This document shows positions 21,951 through 32,613 of a stretch of DNA of 64,000 nt, piece after piece. The position numbers were made by a program, and so were the translations under genes. How positions within the stretch are numbered: the first letter of the stretch is position 1; each line of letters begins with the position of its first letter. Location: positions 397-64,396 of the forward strand of contig CALLAA010000039.1 in assembly GCA_938002955.1 (NCBI GenBank), given 5' to 3'. The stretch is from an uncultured Acidimicrobiales bacterium. GTDB taxonomy: Bacteria > Actinomycetota > Acidimicrobiia > Acidimicrobiales > SHLQ01. The notes under the pieces are model-generated. The model saw only the letters and a program-made list of their open reading frames with translations. It searched no databases and was not told the DNA's origin.

Positions 21951-22958
21951 ATGGCAAATGATGTGACACTCGACGACGTCGCTCGTCGCAGCGGCGTATC
22001 TCCTGCGACCGCATCTCGTGCACTCAATGGTCGTCGCGGCGTCCGAGACGACGTTCGAGAACGGGTTCTGAGCACCGCCTCGTCGCTCAAGTACCGACCG
22101 AATCGTGCCGCCCAGAATCTCGCTGGTGGTCGCACGTCGGTGATCGGACTCGTGTTGGGCAGCGAAGAGCTCGTCGGCAACACATATGCAACGTCGATCG
22201 TGCAGTCGGTTGCTGCCGCAGCGAGTGTGCACGACGAGGGACTTATGTTGATCCTCGACTCACAAAAGCCCGCAATTGCGGTGCAGAACCTGCTGAGCGA
22301 TGGTCTCGTCGATGGGGTGATTATCAGTGTGGTCGCCATTGGCGAGCAGTGGGTCGAGGAGCTTCTCGATGCAAACATCCCAACGGTTCTGCTCGGCGCA
22401 CATCCTCGACGTACCGACGTTCCCGTGGTCGATGTAGACAACCTCACCGCCGGGCATCTCTTGACCGCTGAAGTCCTGAGACACGGGCACCGGAGGGTTG
22501 CGATGCTCGCCGGACCACAGAGCCGGGTCGACGCCAACCAGCGTCTACGTGGCTTTCGAGCAGCCCACGAGGAGCTCGGACTGGCGGTCGATGAGTCGCT
22601 GATCTTTCCTGGTGACTTCCACGGCCAGACGGCCTACCAGCGGGCCCCCGAGATCTTTGCCGCCGCGCCAGATGCGATCGTTGCGTGCAACGACGACATG
22701 GCCATTGGGTTGCTGCGCTACGCGAACGAGCATGGGATCGACGTTCCCACCGATGTCAGCATCGTCGGATTCGATGGGATCACACTTCGGTATCCGGAAT
22801 ACCAAATCACGACGATGGCGCAACCCTTTGAACGGCTCGGCCGGACCGCCGTAGCGTCGCTGCTCGATCTCATTCGTGGCGACTCTGTTCCGCCCGAGCA
22901 ACTTCTCGGACCACAGCTCATCGAGCGTGGTTCGATTGGTTCACCACCGGAGACATGA
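21951..22958 (+). CDS. LacI family transcriptional regulator
   Basis: N-terminal HTH VTLDDVARRSGVSPATASRALNG and a periplasmic-binding-protein-like sugar-binding core. Confidence 0.9.
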   Translation: MANDVTLDDVARRSGVSPATASRALNGRRGVRDDVRERVLSTASSLKYRPNRAAQNLAGGRTSVIGLVLGSEELVGNTYATSIVQSVAAAASVHDEGLMLILDSQKPAIAVQNLLSDGLVDGVIISVVAIGEQWVEELLDANIPTVLLGAHPRRTDVPVVDVDNLTAGHLLTAEVLRHGHRRVAMLAGPQSRVDANQRLRGFRAAHEELGLAVDESLIFPGDFHGQTAYQRAPEIFAAAPDAIVACNDDMAIGLLRYANEHGIDVPTDVSIVGFDGITLRYPEYQITTMAQPFERLGRTAVASLLDLIRGDSVPPEQLLGPQLIERGSIGSPPET

Positions 22959-22985
22959 ATCCGCCGTCTACTCCGTGGTGAACCC

Positions 22986-23019
22986 GGTGGGCGGAACGGC
23001 TATGGCTGTTTCGCCCACC
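22986..23019. terminator. Hairpin between the convergent LacI gene and cinA (weak terminator candidate)
   Basis: 8-bp stem GGTGGGCG (22986-22993) / CGCCCACC (23012-23019). No clear T-tract on either side. Confidence 0.3.
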
Positions 23020-23054
23020 GCCCGCTGTCTCCGTCGACGAGCCCAGACCGCGGG

Positions 23055-24326
23055 TTAGCGATGCTCGGCCCGCTCGATAAGTCGTTTGCGCAGGGCGTTC
23101 AGCACCGTAATCGTGGTGTAGTTCCGAATCCGATTGCGATCGGTCTTGTAGCGAAGCAACTGGCTCTCGACGACGCCGTCGACACACGTTGCAACCCAAA
23201 CAGTCCCCGGCGGGATGCCTTCCCAGCCATCGGGGCCAGCGACACCGGTCGTGGCGACCGCGACATCGGCGCCGAGCGCCTCACATGCACCAAGCGCCAT
23301 TGCTTCGACCATCTCCTCACTAACCGACGGCCCCTCAGGAGCGTTCAGAAGCGCTGTCTTCACATCTGTGGCGTAGGTAATAACTCCACCCCGAAACGCC
23401 TTAGACGACCCAGGAGTGGCCGTGAGACGTTGCGCAATAAGTCCTCCGGTGAGCGATTCGGCGGTGCCGATCGTCAGACCTTGTTCGGCGCAAAGATCCA
23501 GCACGACGGACTCCATCGTCTGATCGTCGAGCCCGAAAACGATTGGCCCAATGATCGAACGGACTCGAGCTTCCTCGTCGTCGAGCATCCCGGCGACGGT
23601 CGCCTCGTCTGGCCCCTTTGCGGTGATGCGGACCTTGAGACCCTCCATGCCGCTGGCGAGGAACGCGAGCGTGACGCCCCCGTCGGCAGTGCCCACGTCA
23701 TCGAGGCGCGTGATTTCGTCGGCGAGCTGTTCGGCGAGACCGGACTCTGACGTTCCCCACGTGCGAAGCGTGCGGCTTCGAATGATCGCCGTGCTTCCCG
23801 AACGCATCACCAGGTCGTCGATGATGAAGCCGTTCATCATCTCCTGCATTTCCCATGGCACGCCCGGGACCGCATAGATGACCTTGGTCTCCCCGTGGTG
23901 CACGAACTCAGCCACGATGCCCGGGGCTGTCCCCGGCTGTACAGGAATTGGGCTCGCCCCAACCGGTATACGAGCTTGCAGCTTGTTGTTCTCCGGCATC
24001 TGCCGCCCGGTGAGGCCCCACATGGACTGGATCTTGTCGATCAAGGCCTCGTCGGTCGCGAGGTCGACACCCATAACCTCCGCGATTGCGTCGCGTGTGA
24101 TGTCGTCCTGGGTCGGGCCGAGGCCACCCGTGCAGATAACCGCGTCGCTACGGTCGAGGGCGCTAGCGATGACACTCACCATCCGGTCGAGGTTGTCGCC
24201 CACCTTTGTCTGAAAGTAGGAGTCGATACCTACGGCGGCGAGCTCCTGGCCAATCCAGGACGAGTTCGTGTCGTTGATCTGTCCGAGGAGGAGCTCGGAA
24301 CCAACCGCTACTACTTCACACCGCAT
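23055..24326 (-). CDS. cinA: Competence/damage-inducible protein CinA (MoCF-binding plus nicotinamide-nucleotide amidase domains)
   Basis: N-terminus CEVVAVGSELLLGQINDTNSSWIGQEL. C-terminal PncC-like ESLTGGLIAQRLT. The start shares one base with the pgsA stop (TGATG). Confidence 0.9.
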   Translation of the reverse strand: MRCEVVAVGSELLLGQINDTNSSWIGQELAAVGIDSYFQTKVGDNLDRMVSVIASALDRSDAVICTGGLGPTQDDITRDAIAEVMGVDLATDEALIDKIQSMWGLTGRQMPENNKLQARIPVGASPIPVQPGTAPGIVAEFVHHGETKVIYAVPGVPWEMQEMMNGFIIDDLVMRSGSTAIIRSRTLRTWGTSESGLAEQLADEITRLDDVGTADGGVTLAFLASGMEGLKVRITAKGPDEATVAGMLDDEEARVRSIIGPIVFGLDDQTMESVVLDLCAEQGLTIGTAESLTGGLIAQRLTATPGSSKAFRGGVITYATDVKTALLNAPEGPSVSEEMVEAMALGACEALGADVAVATTGVAGPDGWEGIPPGTVWVATCVDGVVESQLLRYKTDRNRIRNYTTITVLNALRKRLIERAEHR

Positions 24327-24946
24327 CAGTCGTTCGCTTTCTCATTGATATTTCCGCTCAAGCGGGTGGCTGCCGAACCGTCGAGTAGGTATCGCAGGCC
24401 CGAATAGAGCGTGAAGGCAACCGCAAACCAGAGCGCGAGTTGCACGATGACATCTTGATCCTGGAAGGGCGGGAACAGCGCTGCTTGGAGAGCAAGGCCC
24501 TGGAAGATCGACTTGTACTTTCCAAGCTTGCGGGCCGGTACCGCGCGGTTCTTCTTGACCCAGTAGCTGCGGAACCCGGTGATAACGATCTCGCGAATGA
24601 GGATCAGGGCGACCGGGATCCAGTGGTACCGATCGACCGCGACCAAACAGAACATGGCTCCGAGCACAACGATCTTGTCGGCGAGCGGATCGAGGAACGC
24701 TCCGGTCCGGCTGATGAGGTCGTACTTGCGGGCCAGCCAGCCATCGAGCAGGTCGGTGGCGGCAAAGATCCAACCGAGGATGAACGCCCACCATGACGCG
24801 CCGCCGGTGTCTTCGCTCGCCAGAATCAGTGCGAACGGTATGGGCGATGCCGCGATCCGAGCTGCGGTAATCATGTTGGCGGGATTCGACAGAAAGTGCC
24901 CGATGTGGTGCATGGCGCCGACGTCGGTGCTCTCTTGAGTCGTCAC
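24326..24946 (-). CDS. pgsA: CDP-diacylglycerol--glycerol-3-phosphate 3-phosphatidyltransferase
   Basis: CDP-alcohol phosphatidyltransferase motif DLLDGWLARKYDLISRTGAFLDPLADK. The GTG start overlaps the rimO stop (GTGA). Confidence 0.9.
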   Translation of the reverse strand: MTTQESTDVGAMHHIGHFLSNPANMITAARIAASPIPFALILASEDTGGASWWAFILGWIFAATDLLDGWLARKYDLISRTGAFLDPLADKIVVLGAMFCLVAVDRYHWIPVALILIREIVITGFRSYWVKKNRAVPARKLGKYKSIFQGLALQAALFPPFQDQDVIVQLALWFAVAFTLYSGLRYLLDGSAATRLSGNINEKAND

Positions 24947-26208
24947 GTGACGTCCTCGTCGACCGATGCGCCAGCGCCGATCAGATCCGGGCCTAGCGCC
25001 CCGATGATCTCGACCTCGTGTAGTTCTCCCACGGCTAAATCGTCGCGTACGTAGACGATTCCGTCGATCTCTGGTGCCTCGCGATGGGTTCGTCCAACTC
25101 CAGGAGCGTCGACGAGCACACGAAGCGTTTGGCCGATCAAGGCATCGCGACGTGACGCCGTGATCTCGTCTTGCAACTCGGTGAGTTCACGTAGCCGTTC
25201 TTGCATGAGGTCGGCGGGGACCTCGCCGTCGAGTTCTGCAGCGTACGTGCCGTCCTCCTTGGAGTAGGCAAAGAACCCGCACCAGTCGAGCTGGGCTCGT
25301 TCGATGAAGTCGAGCAAGGCGTCATGATCTTCTTCGGTCTCGCCGGGATAGCCAACGATGAAGTTCGAACGAAACGCTGCTTCTGGAGCGATGCTGCGGA
25401 TGTAGTCGATCCGCTCGAGGAAGCGTTCGCCGTCACCCCACCGTCGCATTCGCCGCATGAGGGGACGGCTCACGTGTTGCAACGACAGATCGAAGTACTC
25501 GACGCCGGTCGCGAGAATGGCCTGGATCAGTTCCTCGGTGAGGTCCGATGGGTACAGGTAGAGCAGCCGTACCCGGTCGACGATCGCTGCCACTTCGCCG
25601 ACGAGTGCAACGATGCTTCGTTCGCCTTTGCCTTGGTCTCGACCAAACGCGGCGAGGTCTTGGGCGACGAGAACGATCTCCTTGGCCTGAAGGCCGCGCA
25701 CTTCGTCGAGAATCGACTCGTGAGTACGGGAGCGCTGCGGCCCTCGAAAGGTCGGGATCGCGCAGAAGCCGCAGTTGCGGTCGCAGCCTTCGGCGATCTT
25801 GACGTATGCCCATGGCCGCGACGAGGCGGGGCGGGGCAGGTTCAGCAGATCGAACGACGGAATCGCCGGTTCGGTAGGTTTGCGACCCAGTGTCACGGGA
25901 ACACCAAAGCCGGCGACCGTGTCGGCTTCGGGTAACGCGTCGGCGAGTTCGTCGCCGTACCGCTCGGCCATGCAGCCAGTGACGACCACGCGGGCGTCCT
26001 CGGCTTGCTCGGAAAGAGACAGGACCGTGTCGATGGACTCTTGACGAGCGGACTCGATGAAGGCGCACGTATTGACGACGACGAGGTCGGCGTCTTCGGG
26101 CCGTTCGGCTTGGATCATCCCGTCGGCGTCGAGCGTGCCAACGAGCTTGTCCGAATCAACCTCGTTCTTGGGACACCCGAGGGTCTCGATCCAATATTGT
26201 CCAACCAC
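24943..26208 (-). CDS. rimO: Ribosomal protein S12 methylthiotransferase (radical SAM, MiaB/RimO family)
   Basis: N-terminal UPF0004 cysteines (LGCPKNEVDSD), radical-SAM CDRNCGFCAIP, a C-terminal TRAM-like region, and rimO-pgsA-cinA synteny. Confidence 0.85.
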   Translation of the reverse strand: MVGQYWIETLGCPKNEVDSDKLVGTLDADGMIQAERPEDADLVVVNTCAFIESARQESIDTVLSLSEQAEDARVVVTGCMAERYGDELADALPEADTVAGFGVPVTLGRKPTEPAIPSFDLLNLPRPASSRPWAYVKIAEGCDRNCGFCAIPTFRGPQRSRTHESILDEVRGLQAKEIVLVAQDLAAFGRDQGKGERSIVALVGEVAAIVDRVRLLYLYPSDLTEELIQAILATGVEYFDLSLQHVSRPLMRRMRRWGDGERFLERIDYIRSIAPEAAFRSNFIVGYPGETEEDHDALLDFIERAQLDWCGFFAYSKEDGTYAAELDGEVPADLMQERLRELTELQDEITASRRDALIGQTLRVLVDAPGVGRTHREAPEIDGIVYVRDDLAVGELHEVEIIGALGPDLIGAGASVDEDVT

Positions 26209-26229
26209 TAGCTCAGGATATAGGTGCGC

Positions 26230-27225
26230 TCACGCAATGGACTCAATGACATCGCGGATCGCTTCGCCCGCGCCCGTCTCTGAGATCAACAGAATGGCAC
26301 CGACGTACACGGTCAGCAGCACGATGGCCTCTGGCTTGCTGATCCGTTTGCGGACAACCATGAACACCCAGGCGAGCGTGGTAACGACCACCATGATCGC
26401 AATGCCATAGGTGCGCATGAGTTCGTCGCTGATCTCCCCCGCCCCCAGCACGGCGATCACACCACCGACGGCGAGGCTGTTGAATACATTCGACCCGAGC
26501 AGATTGCCGAGGATGAGTTCGGTCTCGCCTTTCTTGGCAGCGGCGACAGCGGTCACCAATTCGGGGAGAGACGTTCCGAGAGCGACGAGCGTAAACCCGA
26601 TGAACCCACCGGTGACGCCGAACTCTGCGGCGATCGCGAGCGCACCCCACACCATCAGCTGAGCGCCGATGAGCGTCCCGATGAGGCCACCGATGGTCTC
26701 GATCACGCTCTTGGTCACCGTTTGTTCCGGGTCGAAATCGATCTCTTCGATCGAATCCTCGTGGCCGCCGAAGACGATCCAGCTGAGGATCGCTACGAGC
26801 ACGGCCAACATGACCACGCCCTCCCACACGGCGAATCCGCCGATGGTAAAGAACGCGAACAGCAGCACGGCGAGCAGGCTCACGGGAGCTTCTCGGGCAA
26901 TGACGGCCTTCGTAACGAGCAAAGGCACAACGAGAGCGGCGGCGGCGAGCACCAGCGACAGGTTGGCCACATTGGACCCAACGATGTTGCCGACACCGAG
27001 GTCGACGTCGCCGTTGAGCGCTGCGAGGCCGCTGACGAGCAGCTCGGGGGCGCTGGTGCCGAATCCGACGATCACCGCGCCGACGACGACGGGCGAAATT
27101 TTGGCGGCGCCGGCGATCGCTACTGCGCCATCGACAAACAGGTCGGCAGCTTTCGTCAGAAGCGCGAGTCCGATCGCCACCTCAATGATCGCGACGATGA
27201 TTGTTGGTTCAGACAGAAATCCCAC
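26230..27225 (-). CDS. Calcium/sodium antiporter (CaCA family, YrbG-like)
   Basis: Two alpha-repeat motifs, GFGTSAPELLVS and ALGTSLPELVTA, and about 10 hydrophobic segments. Confidence 0.85.
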   Translation of the reverse strand: MGFLSEPTIIVAIIEVAIGLALLTKAADLFVDGAVAIAGAAKISPVVVGAVIVGFGTSAPELLVSGLAALNGDVDLGVGNIVGSNVANLSLVLAAAALVVPLLVTKAVIAREAPVSLLAVLLFAFFTIGGFAVWEGVVMLAVLVAILSWIVFGGHEDSIEEIDFDPEQTVTKSVIETIGGLIGTLIGAQLMVWGALAIAAEFGVTGGFIGFTLVALGTSLPELVTAVAAAKKGETELILGNLLGSNVFNSLAVGGVIAVLGAGEISDELMRTYGIAIMVVVTTLAWVFMVVRKRISKPEAIVLLTVYVGAILLISETGAGEAIRDVIESIA

Positions 27226-27246
27226 GGCAAGAGTATGCCGGGTTGA

Positions 27247-29880
27247 TTAGCCGTTGCGGAGCTGCTGGAGCTGTTCTGGCGTGAGCAAGACTTCGCGAGC
27301 CTTGGACCCCTCGCTCGGCCCGACGATTCCCTTTTGCTCCAACTCGTCCATAATCCGCCCAGCACGCGAGAAACCGACCCTCAATTTGCGCTGAAGCATC
27401 GACGTCGAGCCCAAACCGGACGACACGACGAGCTCCATTGCTTGCCATAAAAGATCGTCGGTATCGTCCTCGGAAGCACGATCTGCGGTGATCATGTCGC
27501 CGTCTGCCGGAGCAGATGGCGCCATTCCTGGCATTCCCGAGAGGTCAGGTGTAGACGAAACCGGTGGAAGTCCACCCGCTGCCGGAGCCGCTGGAGCGTC
27601 GACGATCTGGGGTGCGACATCGCCGCCACCGAGCACCTCGGTCTCTTCGGTGGACAGTTCGTCGTAGCTCTGCTGACGCCAGTGGTCGACGATCTTCTTG
27701 ACCTCTGACTCTTCGACCCACGCGCCCTGCAACCGCAGCGGCGTCGAACTCGTTGGGTCTTGGAAGAGCATGTCGCCCTTACCGACCAAGCGTTCGGCTC
27801 CAGGAGCTCCCAAGATCACTCGACTGTCCTGCATGCTCGATACGGCATAGGCAATACGTGCGGGCACGTTGGCCTTGATCAGACCGGTAATCACATCGAC
27901 GGACGGGCGTTGGGTGGCGATCACCATGTGGATGCCCACGGCTCGTGCCTTTTGACCAATGCGGACGATCGAATCCTCAACGTCGCGTGCTGCGACCATC
28001 ATGAGATCGGCGAGCTCGTCGACCACGACGAGGATGTACGGCAGGCGCTTGAATTCGCGAGGTTCACCGTCGGGACCGAGCTCGCCGAGCTTGGCCTTTA
28101 CCTTGCCTTTGTCGAATGCAGCGTTGTAGCCGCCGATATCGCGGAAGCGGCACTCTTCGAGCAGCTCGTAGCGGCGTTCCATTTCGCGTACGGCCCACGC
28201 GAGTGCGTTTGCTGCCTTCTTGGGGTCGGTCACTGGTTGGGTGAGCAGGTGCGGGATGCGCTCGTACTGGGTCATCTCCACACGCTTGGGATCGATCAGT
28301 ATCATGCGGACGTCGTCGGGCGTGTTGCGCATGAGCAGCGACGTGATGATCGAGTTGATGCCCGAGGACTTTCCGGCGCCGGTCGCACCAGCGACGAGCG
28401 TGTGCGGCATCTTCGAGAGATCGGCCAGGAGCGACTTGCCATTGATATCGCGTCCGATCGCGACCTCCATTGGTCCGCTCGCAGCGCGGGCTTCAGACGA
28501 CCCAAGGATGTCGCCAACGGCGATGATCTGGCGGTGTTCGTTGGGAACCTCGACACCGATTGCCTGCTTACCGGGAATCGGAGCGATGATTCGTACGTCT
28601 GGCGATGCCATTGCATAGGCGATGTCGTCGCTGAGGTTCTTGACTCGAGAGACCTTGACGCCCAGTCCGAGCTCGAGCTCGAAACGAGTCACGGTCGGGC
28701 CAACGACCATGTTGATCAGTCGGGTCTCGACTCCGTGTTCAGCGAGCGCACGTTCGAGCGTTCGGCCCCGGGCGATGACGGCGTCTTGATCGACATCTTG
28801 AGAGCCGGAGCGACTTAGCAAGGACATCGATGGCAGTACCCATGTCCGGTCGCCTTGGGTCGTGACCGCAAGCTCGGTTTCGAGCTGCTGCGGAGGGGTC
28901 AGTACCTCGGGCACCACAACGGTGGGCGTTGGAATGTCGATGTCTTGATCGAATACGGCCGGTTCGGTGGGTGCTGCGGGGGCGGGCTCGGGGTCTTCGC
29001 GCGGTACCGGAATTTCGATTGTGGCGTCGAGCGCTTGGCCGTCCTCGTCGATGAACGTGTCGTCGGTGGAGCCGCCGATGTGTATGGACGGCGTTGGCTC
29101 GTCATTGTCTCGGAGATCAATTTCGTCGTCGACGGTCCGATCGCGGTCGATGACAAAGAGCGATCGTGTGGAGTTCGCAGCGGCGCCGGCAAGAGGGCGC
29201 GCCCCGTTGGCCATAGCGTTGAGGAGTCCTTGGAGCGAACTGCCGGTCATAACGATCAGACCGCCGATTCCGACCGCGAGCAGGATGAGCAGAGCTCCCC
29301 AGAAACTGGCGATAGCGAGCAGTGGCCCGCCGACAGCTAGGCCGAGAACGCCACCGGCGCCAGAGAACTCGGCAACCGAGCTTCCCCACGACGGGCTATC
29401 GCCAGCGAGGTGCACAAGACCGGTCATCGAGATGATGGCGGCGATGCCGCCAACGACGAAGTGGGGAGGCAGCGCGTGTGCTTCGCCACCCCGACGGATG
29501 ACGGCGAGGCCCGCAGCGACGATTGCGAACGGCGCGAGGTAACGGAAAACGCCCATGGCCCAACCGAAGCCCTCGTCGAATGCCCGTCCGAGCAGTCCGG
29601 ATGTACCGCTGTAAATACCGAGGGCACACAAAATGCCAGCGACGATGAGAAAGAGCCCAAAGAGGTCCGCCCCACGCCCGTCGAGGGCTTGCCCAAACGT
29701 CTCTGCAACGGTCGGGCGCGCCGCGGGCTTGCGAGTTGAACGCTTCTTTGCTGTTGATTTTGCAGCAGTTTTGCGGGTGGTCGTGCCTTTGCGGCTTGCC
29801 GGGGTGCGGCCGCGGCTGTTCTTTGCACGCGAACCAGTGGAGCGCGAACGGCTAGAGGAGGTCTTCGATTTGGTTGCCAC
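27247..29880 (-). CDS. ftsK: DNA translocase FtsK
   Basis: Basic S/T/K/R-rich N-terminus, four transmembrane segments, Walker A VAGATGAGKSS, Walker B VVVDELADLMM, and gamma wHTH MLQRKLRVGFSRAGRIMDELE. Confidence 0.95.
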   Translation of the reverse strand: MATKSKTSSSRSRSTGSRAKNSRGRTPASRKGTTTRKTAAKSTAKKRSTRKPAARPTVAETFGQALDGRGADLFGLFLIVAGILCALGIYSGTSGLLGRAFDEGFGWAMGVFRYLAPFAIVAAGLAVIRRGGEAHALPPHFVVGGIAAIISMTGLVHLAGDSPSWGSSVAEFSGAGGVLGLAVGGPLLAIASFWGALLILLAVGIGGLIVMTGSSLQGLLNAMANGARPLAGAAANSTRSLFVIDRDRTVDDEIDLRDNDEPTPSIHIGGSTDDTFIDEDGQALDATIEIPVPREDPEPAPAAPTEPAVFDQDIDIPTPTVVVPEVLTPPQQLETELAVTTQGDRTWVLPSMSLLSRSGSQDVDQDAVIARGRTLERALAEHGVETRLINMVVGPTVTRFELELGLGVKVSRVKNLSDDIAYAMASPDVRIIAPIPGKQAIGVEVPNEHRQIIAVGDILGSSEARAASGPMEVAIGRDINGKSLLADLSKMPHTLVAGATGAGKSSGINSIITSLLMRNTPDDVRMILIDPKRVEMTQYERIPHLLTQPVTDPKKAANALAWAVREMERRYELLEECRFRDIGGYNAAFDKGKVKAKLGELGPDGEPREFKRLPYILVVVDELADLMMVAARDVEDSIVRIGQKARAVGIHMVIATQRPSVDVITGLIKANVPARIAYAVSSMQDSRVILGAPGAERLVGKGDMLFQDPTSSTPLRLQGAWVEESEVKKIVDHWRQQSYDELSTEETEVLGGGDVAPQIVDAPAAPAAGGLPPVSSTPDLSGMPGMAPSAPADGDMITADRASEDDTDDLLWQAMELVVSSGLGSTSMLQRKLRVGFSRAGRIMDELEQKGIVGPSEGSKAREVLLTPEQLQQLRNG

Positions 29881-29990
29881 AGTGGCCCAACACTAGTGGA
29901 CGACACCGACAGCGTGCGGTCATTTCGCGCGCAGTGTATGGCAGCACGCGCGTTACGCGCGAACGTGGATCTCGACGAAATTTCGGTCGA

Positions 29991-31673
29991 CTACGACGTC
30001 GGCGGTTCGTACGTGCGAACGATCGGCACGATAACCGGTCGCCGGCGCGTGGCTGCAGCGACGTAACGGCCCACCGAACGGCGAGCGGCCTTCTCGACCT
30101 CACGAGCATCACCAGAGTTCGCGAGCACCGCTTCGATCGCTGCCCGGGCTTCGCTCGCCGCGCCCGCTTCGAGATCGAAGCGTTCGGTGTGTGACGCCCA
30201 ACCGCGGGATTCGATGAGCGGACCAAAGACAATGTCGCGCTCGGCGAGGTCGACCTCGATAATCACCGCAACAAACCCTGCCTGCCCCATGAGGAGCCGC
30301 TCGTTCAGGATCCCCTCGGTGATCGGCTCGGCAGTACCGTCCATATAGATGTACTCACCGGAGACCTGGCCGTCTTTGCTAATACCGTCGTCGGTGAGCA
30401 ACAACTGGTCACCATCGGTCGCCACCAACACGTTTTCTGGCGACATTCCACGACGCATCGCAAGCTCTGCGTGGCCAACGAGGTGTTCGTACTCACCATG
30501 TACCGGAACGAAGAGCTCGGGGTTCGCAACGCCATGCAACGCGAGCAGTTCTTGTTGCTTGCCATGACCAGTCGTATGTACGTCGACTTGGCCGGAGTGG
30601 ACAATGGTGGCCCCTTGCCGGGCGAGCCCCGACCGAACGCGACCAACCGCTGCCTCGTTACCCGGAATCGGATGTGAGCTAAAGATGACCGTGTCCTTTG
30701 GACCGATCGTGATCCAGCGACTGTCGTTGGCTGCCATCAACGTGAGCGCCGAGCGAGGTTCGCCCTGGCTGCCCGTCGAGATAATGCAGGTCTTGAGCGG
30801 ATCGAGGTCGTCGGCATCATCGATGTCGACGATTCGGTTGTCCGGAATCTTGAGCAGACCAAGGTCGCGGGCGAGCGCAACATTGCGCTTCATCGAACGG
30901 CCCAAGGTCACAATGGTGCGGTCCTGCTCGAGCGCGACCTCGGCGATCTGTTGGACGCGGTGAATGTGACTTGCAAACGCCCCAACGATGATGCGCTGAT
31001 TGCGATGTTGGTGGAAGAGGCTCCGCAGCACTCCCCCGACCTCGGACTCCGACGTTGACTGTCCGGGCGAGTTTGCATTGGTCGAGTCGGCGAGCAGCAA
31101 CCGGATACCCGGATCGATCGAGAGCGAACCAATCCGCGCAAGGTCGGTCACGCGCCCATCGACCGGCGTGTGATCGAGTTTGAAGTCGCTCGAGTGCAAG
31201 ATCACGCCTTGTGGGGTCGTGAACGCCGTGATCAGACCCGAAGGTGTCGAGTGTGTGACCGGCAAGAACTCACAATCGAATGGTCCGACCTTGCGCTTCT
31301 CGCCGTCGGCGACGACGTGCAGGTTGCCGCGACTCTGCAGGTTCTTCTCCTGCAGTTTGTGACGCACCAGGCCCAATGTGAACGGCGTGCCGTAAAAGTC
31401 GAGCTCGAGCGATGGGATTGCCTGCAGGAGGTAGGTGAGCCCACCGATGTGATCCTCGTGCGCGTGGGTAACGATGCATCCATCGATTCGGTCGGCGTTC
31501 TCGATCAGGTACGTGAAGTCCGGGATGATGGACTCGACACCTGGTTGGGTCTCGTCGCTAAACATCTGCCCGCAGTCAAGAATGACCATCCGGTTATCGG
31601 ACTCGAGGACCGCGCAATTTCGGCCGATGTCGCCAAGCCCACCGAGGAAGGTGATTCGAACTGGTTGCGCCAT
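29991..31673 (-). CDS. rnj: Ribonuclease J
   Basis: Metallo-beta-lactamase motif THAHEDHIGG and a beta-CASP region. The ATG at 31673 shares a base with the dapA stop (TAATG). The ORF-track start at 31760 overlaps dapA. Confidence 0.92.
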   Translation of the reverse strand: MAQPVRITFLGGLGDIGRNCAVLESDNRMVILDCGQMFSDETQPGVESIIPDFTYLIENADRIDGCIVTHAHEDHIGGLTYLLQAIPSLELDFYGTPFTLGLVRHKLQEKNLQSRGNLHVVADGEKRKVGPFDCEFLPVTHSTPSGLITAFTTPQGVILHSSDFKLDHTPVDGRVTDLARIGSLSIDPGIRLLLADSTNANSPGQSTSESEVGGVLRSLFHQHRNQRIIVGAFASHIHRVQQIAEVALEQDRTIVTLGRSMKRNVALARDLGLLKIPDNRIVDIDDADDLDPLKTCIISTGSQGEPRSALTLMAANDSRWITIGPKDTVIFSSHPIPGNEAAVGRVRSGLARQGATIVHSGQVDVHTTGHGKQQELLALHGVANPELFVPVHGEYEHLVGHAELAMRRGMSPENVLVATDGDQLLLTDDGISKDGQVSGEYIYMDGTAEPITEGILNERLLMGQAGFVAVIIEVDLAERDIVFGPLIESRGWASHTERFDLEAGAASEARAAIEAVLANSGDAREVEKAARRSVGRYVAAATRRRPVIVPIVRTYEPPTS

Positions 31674-32560
31674 TAGAAGTCTGGCCGCCCCAGGTTCGAG
31701 AGCACTTTGCGGCACATGTCTTCGAGTCCCGCTGGTTCTGGTCCCATCGGCAGACGACAATCACCGCCGGGCAGGCCGAGGAGCCGCAACATGACCTTGC
31801 TCGGGATTGGGTTCGGCCGCGAGTCGCCGGTCTCGATGTCCCATGAGGCAAGCAGGTGTTGGTTGAGCCTGATGGCCTCGTTCACGTCACCGGCGAGGAA
31901 CGCTTGCACCATCTGGCTGGTTTCAACGCCCGCCCAGTGTGTGGCGACACCAACGACGCCAACAGCGCCTACCGACAGCAGTGGCAGGGTCAGGCCGTCG
32001 TCGCCGGAGTACACGTCGAAATCGTCGTCGGTCTCGGCAATAACCACTGCGGTCTCGGCGGGGTTGCCGGCCGCATCTTTGAGCGCCACGATGTTTGGTT
32101 CTTGGGCCAGTGCGATCAGGTTTTCGGTTGCGATCTTTCGGCCGGCTCGCACGGGAATGTCGTACAACATCACCGGAAGGTCGGTCGATTGCGCAACGGC
32201 GCGGAAGTGCGCGAGCAAGCCATCTTGTGATGGACGGTTGTAGTACGGCGTGACCGACAAGATGCCGGCAGCACCGGTCTGCGACGCTCGTTCGGTGAGT
32301 TCGACCGCTGCCCGGGTGTCGTTACTACCGGTTCCGGCAATAACAGGGACGTCGACGGCATCGGCGACGACAGCGATCAACTCGATCTGTTCGTCGTGGG
32401 TGAGCGTTGGGCTTTCGCCCGTGGTGCCAGCAACGACAAGGCCGTCATTGCCGTTAGCGACGAGCCACTTCGCCAACTTCTTTGCACCCTCGACATCTAG
32501 TGATCCATCCGCGCTAAACGGGCTGACCATCGCCGTGAGTACATTTCCGAACCGAGCCAT
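31673..32560 (-). CDS. dapA: 4-hydroxy-tetrahydrodipicolinate synthase
   Basis: VAGTTGESPTLT motif and a class I aldolase pattern. Strong RBS AAGGAGAG. Confidence 0.93.
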   Translation of the reverse strand: MARFGNVLTAMVSPFSADGSLDVEGAKKLAKWLVANGNDGLVVAGTTGESPTLTHDEQIELIAVVADAVDVPVIAGTGSNDTRAAVELTERASQTGAAGILSVTPYYNRPSQDGLLAHFRAVAQSTDLPVMLYDIPVRAGRKIATENLIALAQEPNIVALKDAAGNPAETAVVIAETDDDFDVYSGDDGLTLPLLSVGAVGVVGVATHWAGVETSQMVQAFLAGDVNEAIRLNQHLLASWDIETGDSRPNPIPSKVMLRLLGLPGGDCRLPMGPEPAGLEDMCRKVLSNLGRPDF

Positions 32561-32613
32561 TTCGCTCTCCTTTTCCGACCCTGAGGTTACCGCGGATTGT
32601 GCGCGACCTTAGC